A stretch of 19,426 bases of DNA. It comes from Campylobacterota bacterium (GTDB lineage Bacteria > Campylobacterota > Campylobacteria > Campylobacterales > Sulfurimonadaceae). Both the position numbers and the translations under genes were made by a program. Below the pieces are notes generated by a model that saw only the letters and a program-made list of their open reading frames with translations, did not search any database and was not told the DNA's origin. The stretch is taken from contig JAYEKO010000028.1 of assembly GCA_034661055.1 (NCBI GenBank), positions 1-19,426 on the forward strand, in the 5' to 3' direction. Below, one piece after another: positions 8,296 to 17,572 of this stretch (the first letter of the stretch is position 1; the number at the start of each line of letters is the position of its first letter).

Positions 8296-9539
8296 CACTC
8301 AAACCTTTACATGTAAATATAGACCTAAACCAATCCATGCTCACTACCGATCTTAAACTACGCACTGAACTGTGGCATAAAAACAGTGATATTAATATAA
8401 GTGTCCACTATTTAAATCCTCTCACCATCAACGGCTATATTAAAACTACTTATGAGACACTACAACTTAATGATATAAAAATTGACTCTCAAAAGCAGGA
8501 GTTAGAGGGGGAGTATATTGTAGTGCTAAAACAGACCTCAAAAGAGGCTGCAATTCGTCATGGAAATGCTACATTTACGGGCACATTAAGTAGTATGCCC
8601 TATGAGCAGATAACATTACATTCAGACTCTTTTGGAGGTCCTCTCAACATCATAGCCACACAAGACAACATGACACTACAGGCAGACACTATTGAACTTG
8701 ATGATGTCATAGATTTTTTAGAGATAAACTCCTCTCTTAGATCGGGAACCGCTGATATTTATGTTAACGTTAAAGATGATAACCTTTTAGAGTTTAACAC
8801 CTCCACACTTAAAGCTGAACTCTCCATAGATGCACAAAATGTCGTCCTTTACGGTATTGAAGTCGATGACAATATTAATCAACTTAGAGACTTTAATGAT
8901 ATTAACATTTTTGAGGGGAACTTTCCGGGAAAAAGTATTGCCACCTCTATTATAACAGCGCCCGTCAAAGTAATAGAACAAAAAAATATCCCTACAAGTA
9001 ATATTGGTCATATTCGTATTGACGGATATGCTGAAAATGGTCGATTTTACCTCTATGACTGTGCAGTTAGCACCGAACAAAATCGTGTTGCTGCTAAAGG
9101 GATAGTTGACTTCAACACTACCGATTTTCACTACTTTGAGGTAGGATTACTGCAAGATAACGGATGTGCTTTTTTTACACAAGATATTTTAGGCAGTGTT
9201 AAAAAGCCCAATATTGAGCTCTCTAAAACATCACTCTCTCTACTCACAGGAACAGCAAAATCTGTCGGTAGTATTGCAAAAAATACGCTTAATCTTGGTA
9301 CAAAGATTGTCAGTAAAGTGGGTTCACTGACAGGTCAAGCAATTAATAAGACAACTGGGTATATTCCCGTGGTAAATAGAGCCACAGGAGCTGTATCTAC
9401 CACAGTAACAACTATTACAGATACACCTAATAAGACTAATGCACTACTAAATAGTAAGTGTATCCCTTTTTACAGAGGAATGGTTCAGCACCCTACGCAA
9501 CACAAAAGACTGTATCAATCTGACATACTTTTAAAATAA
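8292..9539 (+). CDS. AsmA-like C-terminal region protein (second part of split gene)
   Basis: LYGIEVDD...NGRFYLYDCAVSTEQNRVAAKGIVDF...GCAFFTQDILGSVKKPNI resembles AsmA C-termini. TTG start, no well-spaced SD, no signal peptide. Confidence 0.65.
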   Translation: MTLKPLHVNIDLNQSMLTTDLKLRTELWHKNSDINISVHYLNPLTINGYIKTTYETLQLNDIKIDSQKQELEGEYIVVLKQTSKEAAIRHGNATFTGTLSSMPYEQITLHSDSFGGPLNIIATQDNMTLQADTIELDDVIDFLEINSSLRSGTADIYVNVKDDNLLEFNTSTLKAELSIDAQNVVLYGIEVDDNINQLRDFNDINIFEGNFPGKSIATSIITAPVKVIEQKNIPTSNIGHIRIDGYAENGRFYLYDCAVSTEQNRVAAKGIVDFNTTDFHYFEVGLLQDNGCAFFTQDILGSVKKPNIELSKTSLSLLTGTAKSVGSIAKNTLNLGTKIVSKVGSLTGQAINKTTGYIPVVNRATGAVSTTVTTITDTPNKTNALLNSKCIPFYRGMVQHPTQHKRLYQSDILLK

Positions 9540-9567
9540 AACAGAAATTTCCAGTAAACTCTAACTT

Positions 9568-10842
9568 ATGAAAATACACATAGATTTAGACTGTTTTTTC
9601 GTCTCAGCAGAACGAACAGTTGATTCATCACTACTTAATATTCCCGTCGGTATTGGCGGTCGGGGTGATCAGTATATTTTTGCACACTCCAAAGTGCAAC
9701 AGCAGTTTAACCTCGACAACAGTGGTGCTTTTTTAGGTGCTTTCTTTCAGAGTTATGATACTAGTGTCAGTGATATAGATAAATTTAAAGATGCTGACGG
9801 ACGTATTCGCGGCATCTTAACCACAGCAAGTTATGAAGCGAGAGCTTACGGCATAAAGACTGCTATGACTATTCGTGAAGCTCTACAACTCTGCCCTACA
9901 CTTATCATCAAAGCACCAAATATGAAGCTCTACAAAACACTTTCTCATGAACTACATGACTTTTTAGCCAAACGTATTCCTATTTTAGAACAAGCTAGTA
10001 TTGATGAGTTTTACGGTGATCTGGAGGGGTGGGTAGAAGATGAAGAGGTTGAGCACTTCATTGATATGCTACGTCATGAGATTAAAAAAGAGTTAAATCT
10101 GCCCGTTTCCATTGGAGCTGCCAAGACTAAAAGCATTGCCAAACTTGCCACCTCATCGGCAAAACCATTTGGTTGTAAAACTGTTTATACCCACCAAGTA
10201 AAGGAGTTCATTGAATCCATAGCCATTGCTGATTTTCCCGGTATTGGCAGGTCTATGCAGAAAAAGCTCCTCACTTATAACATTAAAACCCTAGGAGAAC
10301 TCTCCAGAAATAAAAAGATTGTCTGCGCCATAAGTCCTTATGCAAAAGCCCTTTACAGTAGAGTTTGTGGTTTAGATTTAGACCCAGTAGCTTCAAAACG
10401 AGAGCGGAAATCCATAGGTATCTCCCGCACGTTTGATCCGCTCTATGACCGTGGTGAGTTGCGTCGTCGTGTCATCATATTAAGTCGTCATCTAGCTTTT
10501 GCCATTATGAAACTTCAAGTATTTCCCACTACTTTTAGAGTGGGAATTCACTATGAGATGTCACAACACTCGCATGCAAGCATCAGCCAAAACAGGCTCT
10601 TTAATGAGCAGTGGTTTAAAGAGCTTATTCTTTCACTGTTTTCTGAGGCAGAGCAGCATAGACGACTCAAGGTTGTTCGTCTTAGCATCAACTGCTCGGA
10701 GTTTACATGTAATTCCAAACGCACACTCTCACTTCTGGAATTTAAAGAAGATACCAAAATGCGTCAACTCTCTAAAACGTCACAAAAAATGCAACAAAAA
10801 TACGGTCTTGGCATCTTAAAATGGGGAAGTGAACTCTCATAA
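9568..10842 (+). CDS. dinB: DNA polymerase IV (Y family)
   Basis: HIDLDCFFVS, ASYEARAYGI, SIDEFY, AKLA..AKP.G, FPGIG and RKSIG..RTF motifs. Confidence 0.95.
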   Translation: MKIHIDLDCFFVSAERTVDSSLLNIPVGIGGRGDQYIFAHSKVQQQFNLDNSGAFLGAFFQSYDTSVSDIDKFKDADGRIRGILTTASYEARAYGIKTAMTIREALQLCPTLIIKAPNMKLYKTLSHELHDFLAKRIPILEQASIDEFYGDLEGWVEDEEVEHFIDMLRHEIKKELNLPVSIGAAKTKSIAKLATSSAKPFGCKTVYTHQVKEFIESIAIADFPGIGRSMQKKLLTYNIKTLGELSRNKKIVCAISPYAKALYSRVCGLDLDPVASKRERKSIGISRTFDPLYDRGELRRRVIILSRHLAFAIMKLQVFPTTFRVGIHYEMSQHSHASISQNRLFNEQWFKELILSLFSEAEQHRRLKVVRLSINCSEFTCNSKRTLSLLEFKEDTKMRQLSKTSQKMQQKYGLGILKWGSELS

Positions 10843-10865
10843 AGGAATTTTTAGTATTAAAAAGA

Positions 10866-10895
10866 TATACTCAAAAACTTTGATTAAAAAAAGGA
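10866..10895 (+). promoter_or_regulatory. Candidate -10 box and SD for the lipase gene
   Basis: TATACT at 10866-10871; AAGGA at 10891-10895, 7 nt before ATG 10903. Confidence 0.45.
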
Positions 10896-10902
10896 ATCAC
10901 TC

Positions 10903-12891
10903 ATGTTGAAATATTTGGCATTACCCTTAGTAGCACTTTTAATTGCCGGTTGTGGCAGTAGCACTACAGTTGCAAGTAAATCAGAACTTCCTGGCGGATA
11001 CGTACTCTTTGAAAAATCAAAAGGAAACATTCCTTACCCTAGTGACATTCTCTTTGCAGGCTCAACAGACGGAACACTAAATATTCCAATTAGTGAAGGT
11101 GCTAGTGCGGGCGAAGCTGGATTAACCACAATGCTCAACACGCTTGATGGGTTCTCGACAACATCACCTATTACCGTAGGTATTTCTGGTGAGATGGATG
11201 CAACAACGCTACCGGGGAATATACATGTATATGAAGTTATCACACAGGCAACTCCTGAGACATTGATGATTCCAGCCGTTGGCGCTGTTGTTGGTGAACT
11301 CACTTTTGGAAGTGACTATGTTGCTACCTTTAGTGGTGGCAAACTTGCAATTCTTCCAACCAAACCACTTAAAAGTCACACAAGCTATATGGTGGTTTTA
11401 ACAACTGGTATTACCAATGCAGATGGGCAGTCACTTATTGCAGATGCAACAACAACAATGCTTCTTAGCAGTGATTCACTTGTTGGTGCCGATGGAAGTA
11501 TGCCATACTTTAACTCTGACCCTGTGAGCAACATGGAATCAGTTGTCTCTCTTGAAGGGCTTCGTCAAATTACACAAATTATGGTAGCTCAAGCTAGCGG
11601 ACAAGGTATTGCACGTGAAAACATCTCTGGAATATGGAGCTTTACAACACAGAGTATTGGTAATGTAAGTAACGCAATAACACAGCACAATGCAGCAGCA
11701 CAACTTGCAGTTGCAAACACTGCAATGACAACAGCCGATATTGGAGCTTACGGTTTTGCAGATATCTATGCAGGAACACTTAATAATCTTCCATACTACT
11801 TAGGGAGTGATGCAGCAGCATTAGCGACTCCATTTACTGATGCCAACGGATCACTTAGTGTCTCAACACTTCCAACAGAGCTTTCACAAAAAAATATTCC
11901 TGCATTAGTGACGCTTCCTAATGCCAGTTCAGGAATGGATATGCCGGCATCTGGTTGGCCAGTTGTAATTTTTCAACACGGGATTACTGCAGATCGCTCT
12001 AATGTTTTAGCAGTTGCTGACTCACTAGCACTTGCAGGATATGCTGCTGTTGCAATTGACTTGCCACTTCATGGCATTACCAACACACAGAGTCAACTCT
12101 ACCTATCGACATTAGAGCGAACGTTTGACCTTGATGTTGTCAACAATGACACAGGTGCACCAACACCTGATGGAGTTATTGACAGTTCTGGAAAACACTA
12201 TATGAATCTACAAAACCTACTGGTTGCTCGTGATAACTTGCGTCAAAGTACTTCGGACTTTATTGCACTTAAGAACTCATTATCAGCAGTTGTAGGAGTT
12301 TCACTTGATGCTTCTCGTGTAGCATTTATGGGGCATTCACTTGGAACTATTACGTCTTTTCCTTTCTTACAAACTGCAACATTAGAGAGTGTTACATTAG
12401 CGATGCCAGGTGGTGGTATTGCACAACTATTAAGCCATTCGGAATCGTTTGGACAAGAGATTCGTGATGGTCTTTATGCCGCAGCTGGCATTGAGCCTGA
12501 TAGCGCTGATTATGAGCAGTTCTTACTGATTGCACAGACAATTTTAGATGATGCAGACTCTATTAACTACGCTATAAGTGTTGGAGCAGCACAAAATATT
12601 TTTAGTATTGAAACAATTGGTGATGAGACCATTCCAAATTCAGTTGCTACAGCACCACTAAGTGGAACTGAACCACTCTTGGCACTGATTGGTTCAAGCA
12701 ACGACATTAAACCGACAGCACCTGGTGCAGTACCATTTGTCAAAAACAGTGTCTCTCGATTTAATGTAGGTGGACACAAGTCTATTTTACTACCAGATGA
12801 AGCTACTGCAGAGATGCAAGGAGAGGCGGCATCATTTATTGGCTCAAAAGCAACTGCTATTGTGGTTGACAACTACTCTATTATTCAATAA
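10903..12891 (+). CDS. Lipoprotein alpha/beta-hydrolase, Pla-1/cef/VolA-type extracellular lipase
   Basis: Lipobox LIAG-C17; IPYPSD...DGTLNIP...LDGFSTTSPI N-terminal module; FQHGIT, AIDLPLHG, ARDNLRQS, GHSLG nucleophile, D.TIPN and GGH.S motifs. Confidence 0.85.
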   Translation: MLKYLALPLVALLIAGCGSSTTVASKSELPGGYVLFEKSKGNIPYPSDILFAGSTDGTLNIPISEGASAGEAGLTTMLNTLDGFSTTSPITVGISGEMDATTLPGNIHVYEVITQATPETLMIPAVGAVVGELTFGSDYVATFSGGKLAILPTKPLKSHTSYMVVLTTGITNADGQSLIADATTTMLLSSDSLVGADGSMPYFNSDPVSNMESVVSLEGLRQITQIMVAQASGQGIARENISGIWSFTTQSIGNVSNAITQHNAAAQLAVANTAMTTADIGAYGFADIYAGTLNNLPYYLGSDAAALATPFTDANGSLSVSTLPTELSQKNIPALVTLPNASSGMDMPASGWPVVIFQHGITADRSNVLAVADSLALAGYAAVAIDLPLHGITNTQSQLYLSTLERTFDLDVVNNDTGAPTPDGVIDSSGKHYMNLQNLLVARDNLRQSTSDFIALKNSLSAVVGVSLDASRVAFMGHSLGTITSFPFLQTATLESVTLAMPGGGIAQLLSHSESFGQEIRDGLYAAAGIEPDSADYEQFLLIAQTILDDADSINYAISVGAAQNIFSIETIGDETIPNSVATAPLSGTEPLLALIGSSNDIKPTAPGAVPFVKNSVSRFNVGGHKSILLPDEATAEMQGEAASFIGSKATAIVVDNYSIIQ

Positions 12892-13797
12892 TTGAGTAGC
12901 CTGCTTCAAAGTTTTCAACAGTTTTTCCATGATAATCAGCCCTATGATATGGAAAAACTCGTTGAGTTTTTCTCTGTATTTGGCGGTAGTGAGCTTACTG
13001 TAGATATAGATGATACTCTTACCAATCAGATTGCCAAGCACATTCTTGATGATTACGGAGCGCTCTACAACAGAATCTCAGAGCTACTTCTAGGGGACAA
13101 AGCTTATACGCGACTGCTACATGCCATTGCAAAAGGTGATAGAAGAGAACACTCTGCTCTAAATAGAGCCCATCTTGGCCAAAGTAGAGGTCATGAAGAT
13201 ATTGAATTCTTAATTGATTTAGGATTACTTCAACGTGAGGTATCGCGTGAAGCACCTGTTCAAAAAATTTATAGCAAACAGAAACTGCCTCGCAATATTG
13301 CTAAGCACAAAATCTCTGATAAGCTCATCATTACCGTACCCTTTATCCGTTTCTGGTTCTATTTTATAGTGCCTCACCATAAAGAGATCATAAAAGGTGA
13401 ATATGAGCCATTTTTAGAACATTTTACAAAGCAGATAAATAGTTTCAATGGCTATGTTTATGAACAGTTATGTCATTACCTCTTAGCATATGCTTTAAAA
13501 TATGACCCCATTATTGAAGCAAAAAGCTATTGGGATCGTAACGTGGAAATTGATATTTTAGCCCTAACACAGAGTGCAAAAATAGTGATTGCTGAGTGTA
13601 AATGGACTAATCATAAGATGAACAAAAAAGAGTTGGGAAAACTGAGTGAAAAATGTAAGCTCATCAATCTTAAACCTGATATTAAAGTACTTTTTAGCAA
13701 GAGAGGTTTCTCAAATGAACTCTCATCCATGAGAGACAGTTCTCTTTTACTTTTTGATGCCACAGACTTAGAGCTATTGATAAAGAAGTCTAACTAA
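12892..13797 (+). CDS. DUF234-domain protein (winged helix plus PD-(D/E)XK-like domain)
   Basis: FSVFGG, PFIRFWFYFI, YE.LC and YWDRNVEIDILA...IAECKW motifs; no Walker A seen. The TTG start is uncertain. Confidence 0.8.
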   Translation: MSSLLQSFQQFFHDNQPYDMEKLVEFFSVFGGSELTVDIDDTLTNQIAKHILDDYGALYNRISELLLGDKAYTRLLHAIAKGDRREHSALNRAHLGQSRGHEDIEFLIDLGLLQREVSREAPVQKIYSKQKLPRNIAKHKISDKLIITVPFIRFWFYFIVPHHKEIIKGEYEPFLEHFTKQINSFNGYVYEQLCHYLLAYALKYDPIIEAKSYWDRNVEIDILALTQSAKIVIAECKWTNHKMNKKELGKLSEKCKLINLKPDIKVLFSKRGFSNELSSMRDSSLLLFDATDLELLIKKSN

Positions 13798-14581
13798 CAA
13801 TTCTAAGTGCAGTATAGGCCTCTTGTAGTAGCTGAAACTTCTGTGTATAGTGGTTAACTATCTCGTTATTCTCACAATGTACTCTATCTGGATGATAGAC
13901 TTTAACTAGTTTTTTATAGCTCTTACGAAGTGCATCCTGAGTCGCACCTACTTGACACTCTAGTGCAGTGTAGTAGTGCATCATTTCATCAATCTCTGTA
14001 TCATCAAACTCTTCATCAAAAAGTTCATCATAAAGTGTCGGCATAAAATATGAGTCATATTGATACTGAAGCTGATAGTGCAGCACGTGACGTTTGTTAA
14101 TAGTACGTTCCAATCTTGTCTTAGCACGTGTTTCTGATACATCAAAAATTACAGAGTTCTCGCCAATAGCTTTTACATATCCACTAAGTTGTGAACAGAG
14201 ATAGGAGATAATAAATCGGTTGGGCATATAGAGTGATGCTTCAACTGTATTGCTATCATGAGCACACAGATCTATTCCAATATATTCACACTCGCTATTG
14301 CAGGTAAGCTCAATTTTAATGGGCTTATCTGAACAACGTAGCATTGATTTAATATAGAAACTTTCAGACAAATCATGGGTTGTAGCATAGAAGCTACACA
14401 GCTGTCGTATAAACTTCTCTTTTTCATGCTTAAAGTTTTGACTATGAAAAATTAAAATACCATGAGGTAAAAAGAGTGAGTTTTTTACATGTAAATTTAT
14501 GTACTCCTGCATCCAAGAGGACTCTATTGTCTCAAAATCGGTTCGGATGAGGACTAAGTTGTTCTGTAGTACAATATCCAC
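13790..14581 (-). CDS. Protein with C-terminal J domain (DnaJ-like)
   Basis: YYTALEC...LRKSYKKLVKVYHPD...KFQLLQEAY..L J-domain signature; AGGAGG SD before GTG. Confidence 0.85.
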   Translation of the reverse strand: MDIVLQNNLVLIRTDFETIESSWMQEYINLHVKNSLFLPHGILIFHSQNFKHEKEKFIRQLCSFYATTHDLSESFYIKSMLRCSDKPIKIELTCNSECEYIGIDLCAHDSNTVEASLYMPNRFIISYLCSQLSGYVKAIGENSVIFDVSETRAKTRLERTINKRHVLHYQLQYQYDSYFMPTLYDELFDEEFDDTEIDEMMHYYTALECQVGATQDALRKSYKKLVKVYHPDRVHCENNEIVNHYTQKFQLLQEAYTALRIVS

Positions 14582-14615
14582 ACATCCCTCCTTTTTTACT
14601 TTATGTAGAGATATT

Positions 14616-14633
14616 AAGCAAAAAAGGTTCCAA
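14616..14633 (-). promoter_or_regulatory. sigma54 (-24/-12) promoter of the J-domain gene
   Basis: Minus strand TTGGAACCTTTTTTGCTT: exact GG-N10-GC spacing with TTGGAAC and TTGCTT arms, in the 53-bp gap after the aguB stop. Confidence 0.8.
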
Positions 14634-14634
14634 A

Positions 14635-15483
14635 CTACTCTTTTAGAAGTTCCTTATAATATGCAGGTCGTCTATCTTTAAAAAGCCCCCAGTAATCTCG
14701 CACTTTTTTAATTTTTTTAAGGTCAAAATCAGCATAAATAATAGTCTCACTATCACGTTGGGCTTCAACAACTTTTTCACCGGTATAGTCAGTAATAAAA
14801 GATGAGCCATAAAACGTAATACTGCAACTTTCGCCCATCTCCTCACCAAATCTATTTGCAACCACTACTGGCACCATATTAGCTGCAGAATGTCCCATCT
14901 GAACCCGTTGCCAATGCTCTTTAGAATCTACATTAATCTCTGGTTCACTTCCAATAGCAGTAGGATAAAAAATAAGATCTGCACCCATTAATGCTAAAGA
15001 GCGTGCAGTTTCGGGAAACCACTGATCCCAGCAGATACCAATACCTATGGATGCATATTGTGTTTTGTAGACTTTAAAACCGCTATTGCCAGGTTTAAAG
15101 TAAAACTTCTCTTCATATCCAGGACCATCAGGAATGTGTGTTTTTCTGTAGTTTTGCAATATGTTACCATCGGCATCAATCACTACTAATGCGTTAAAAT
15201 ATCCCTCATCTGAGGACTCAAAATAACTTATAGGCAGAACAACCTTTAGCTCTTTAGCAATGGTTTGAAAATGTAAAATAGCGGGGTTTTTACTTTTCGA
15301 TGTTGCAAGTTCAAAATATTTTTTATCCATATCTTTACAGAAATAGAGGTTTTCAAACAGCTCTGGAAGCAAAATTATCTGTGCGCCATTTTGGGCAGCT
15401 TGACGTACCAAACTTGTTGCTATCTCAAGATTTCTCACCTGTGATTGAGACATCCTCATCTGAACTGCTGCTACTTTGACCAT
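14635..15483 (-). CDS. aguB: N-carbamoylputrescine amidase (nitrilase superfamily)
   Basis: LLPELF (E), YRKTHIPDGPGYEEKFYF.PG (K), ICWDQWFPE (C), YPTAIGSEP and FYGSSFI. Start taken as ATG 15483; GTG 15489 is the alternative. Confidence 0.93.
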   Translation of the reverse strand: MVKVAAVQMRMSQSQVRNLEIATSLVRQAAQNGAQIILLPELFENLYFCKDMDKKYFELATSKSKNPAILHFQTIAKELKVVLPISYFESSDEGYFNALVVIDADGNILQNYRKTHIPDGPGYEEKFYFKPGNSGFKVYKTQYASIGIGICWDQWFPETARSLALMGADLIFYPTAIGSEPEINVDSKEHWQRVQMGHSAANMVPVVVANRFGEEMGESCSITFYGSSFITDYTGEKVVEAQRDSETIIYADFDLKKIKKVRDYWGLFKDRRPAYYKELLKE

Positions 15484-15976
15484 ATGCACTTAATCCTTCT
15501 ATCTCTTCTTGCTTTTCTTTGGCTATCTCAATCATAGCACGACTCTCCATCATCATAGCTGTTGCAGCGACCTTATAATCTTGTGGGCTTGGATTGGCAG
15601 GTGCCAATGCTGCAGCAACGATTTTTCTAGCCTTAATAGCGGTGGCCTCAGGCGTATCTTCTTTACTAGTGTCAATTGGCACTTCACCGCCAGTAGCATA
15701 CATTTTTCCATCAGGTCCACGTGTGTAACTAAAGTTTGCTCCGCCTGTAACAACACCCCCGCCTGCTGCTATATGAGCAGCTTCATGAGCTCGAACATCG
15801 GAATCTACTGCTTGAAGTTTCATAACTTGCTCACGGACTTTTGCCTCATCTGCACTGCTTTGAGACTGCATCTTTTTAACACTGCTCTCTACAGAAGGTT
15901 CACTCTCTTTAGATCCAGAACTACTCTGATAGGATGATACTAGTGCGTACTGTGATGAGCTAGTTTCTATATTCAT
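15425..15976 (-). CDS. SprA-related putative metalloprotein (HEXXH)
   Basis: VRAHEAAHIAAGG, Y.RGPDGKMYATGGEVPID and ALAPANPSPQD.KVAA motifs. Start moved to ATG 15976 because GTG 15982 lies 1 nt from the -10 box. Confidence 0.85.
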   Translation of the reverse strand: MNIETSSSQYALVSSYQSSSGSKESEPSVESSVKKMQSQSSADEAKVREQVMKLQAVDSDVRAHEAAHIAAGGGVVTGGANFSYTRGPDGKMYATGGEVPIDTSKEDTPEATAIKARKIVAAALAPANPSPQDYKVAATAMMMESRAMIEIAKEKQEEIEGLSAYGQSSSSSDEDVSITGEKS

Positions 15977-15983
15977 AATCACT

Positions 15984-15992
15984 ATTATAGCA
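15984..15992 (-). promoter_or_regulatory. Extended -10 promoter TGCTATAAT (probable leaderless transcript)
   Basis: Perfect TGnTATAAT 7 nt upstream of ATG 15976; no SD between them. Confidence 0.7.
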
Positions 15993-16006
15993 CTTTAAAT
16001 GCTCAC

Positions 16007-17572
16007 TTAAAGACCTGGGGCTTTCCACATTGAAGTAGTAATATTATCATCAACCAACTTTAGTTGCACCTCATAAGCAATTTGAAACTTACTTTTAATA
16101 TCACTGTAGAGTAGAGTGTTTTGCCTGTTTGGTTCGTACGTCTTATCCCAAACTACTAAATCTTCTGCGGCACTATCTAGTGACTCATAGATACCTGCTC
16201 CAACACCTGCTGCCATGGCAGCACCTAAGGCTGTTGCTTCAGTAACCTTTGGAATTTTAACCCTACATCCAGTCACATCAGCAAGAATCTGAGACCATAA
16301 AGCACCTCTGCTTGCGCCACCAGCAAAAACAACCTCATCTACATGTATTTTTGTAAAGGCCTCTATTTTACTAAGATTAATACTTGAGACAATAGCTGCA
16401 TTTTCTTGCAGACTTCGAAACATAGAGCTGCGATTGCACACTTGAGGATCAATACTTAGATTTAGAAAGCTTGGTGCTGCATGATACCATGAGCCGTACT
16501 TCATAGCATCAGAGAAAACAGGGATAATTCCATGAGATCCCACGGGAACTTCTCTGGCTTTTTCTTCTAAAACAGTGTAAGCATCAACACCTCTATCTTG
16601 GGCTTCAAGCTTTTCTAGTTCACAAAAAGCGTCACGAAACCAGCGCATAACCAACCCACTGAAAAATGTAATGCCCTCAGCCTGAGAGAGTCCCTGAATA
16701 ACATGAGGGTTAACACGTATTCCCATATCTTTAGGGGGAGCTACATCACTTTTAATGTTAACTACCTGCTGCCAAAAAGATCCGCCTAAAATGGCAACCT
16801 GCCCCTCTTTAACCACACCAAGACCTGCGGCTCCAAGCTGAACATCTCCACCACCCATAACAACTTTTGTTGCTGTTGAGAGTCCAGTAATATCTGAAGC
16901 CTCTTTAGTAACAGCACCTAAGCATGTGCCCACCTCAAATACTTCTGGAAAGATGGTATCATTTAGCCCAATTTTTGTAGCCATCTGCTTCTGCCAAGAA
17001 CGCTCTTTTAATGAGAAAATTCCAGTAGTACCCCCATTACTTGGGTCTGTTGCTATAACACCACAAAGACGTGCCAAAATCCAATCTCCAATCATAGATA
17101 TATTGGCAACTTTTTCATACACATCAGCTCTATTGTTCTTTAACCACAAAATTCTTGGTAGAGCACCTAGAGCAAATGTCTGACCTGAAAGTGCATAAAA
17201 CTCCTCTTCAACACCCTTAAAGTTCTCTTTTAAGTACTTCACCTCTTCACTAGCGCGAGCATCAACATTAGCAACAGCCCAAAGCTCTTTACCATCACTG
17301 TCATAAAGAACAATTCCCTCGCGCATACTTGTAGCACTTAGAGCTAAAATATCATCCCCGCTTAAATTAGCAGATTTCAGAGACGCTTGTATGCATTCAC
17401 ATACCAAAGTCCAGTTTTTCTGGAAATCAAAACTCATACTATTTGCAACATTCTCTTCTTCAAGATGGTGCCACTCTTGTTGAGCAACACTGACCTGATT
17501 ACCGTCTGTATCGAATATTACCGTGCGAATGCTTCCTGTCCCTGCATCAATTGCCATTAAGTAGTTTTTCAT
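16007..17572 (-). CDS. lsrK: Autoinducer-2 (DPD) kinase, FGGY family
   Basis: YLMAIDAGTGSIR, ATSMREGIVLY, NVDARA, GGGDVQLG, GGSFWQQ, RVNPHV, WYHAAPSF and C-terminal TTSMWKAPGL, all characteristic of LsrK. Confidence 0.93.
   Translation of the reverse strand: MKNYLMAIDAGTGSIRTVIFDTDGNQVSVAQQEWHHLEEENVANSMSFDFQKNWTLVCECIQASLKSANLSGDDILALSATSMREGIVLYDSDGKELWAVANVDARASEEVKYLKENFKGVEEEFYALSGQTFALGALPRILWLKNNRADVYEKVANISMIGDWILARLCGVIATDPSNGGTTGIFSLKERSWQKQMATKIGLNDTIFPEVFEVGTCLGAVTKEASDITGLSTATKVVMGGGDVQLGAAGLGVVKEGQVAILGGSFWQQVVNIKSDVAPPKDMGIRVNPHVIQGLSQAEGITFFSGLVMRWFRDAFCELEKLEAQDRGVDAYTVLEEKAREVPVGSHGIIPVFSDAMKYGSWYHAAPSFLNLSIDPQVCNRSSMFRSLQENAAIVSSINLSKIEAFTKIHVDEVVFAGGASRGALWSQILADVTGCRVKIPKVTEATALGAAMAAGVGAGIYESLDSAAEDLVVWDKTYEPNRQNTLLYSDIKSKFQIAYEVQLKLVDDNITTSMWKAPGL

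Noticed and set aside
6121..9539. AsmA-like protein as exporter for the pentofuranose product
   Set aside because: Only adjacency supports it, and the gene appears to have its own promoter.
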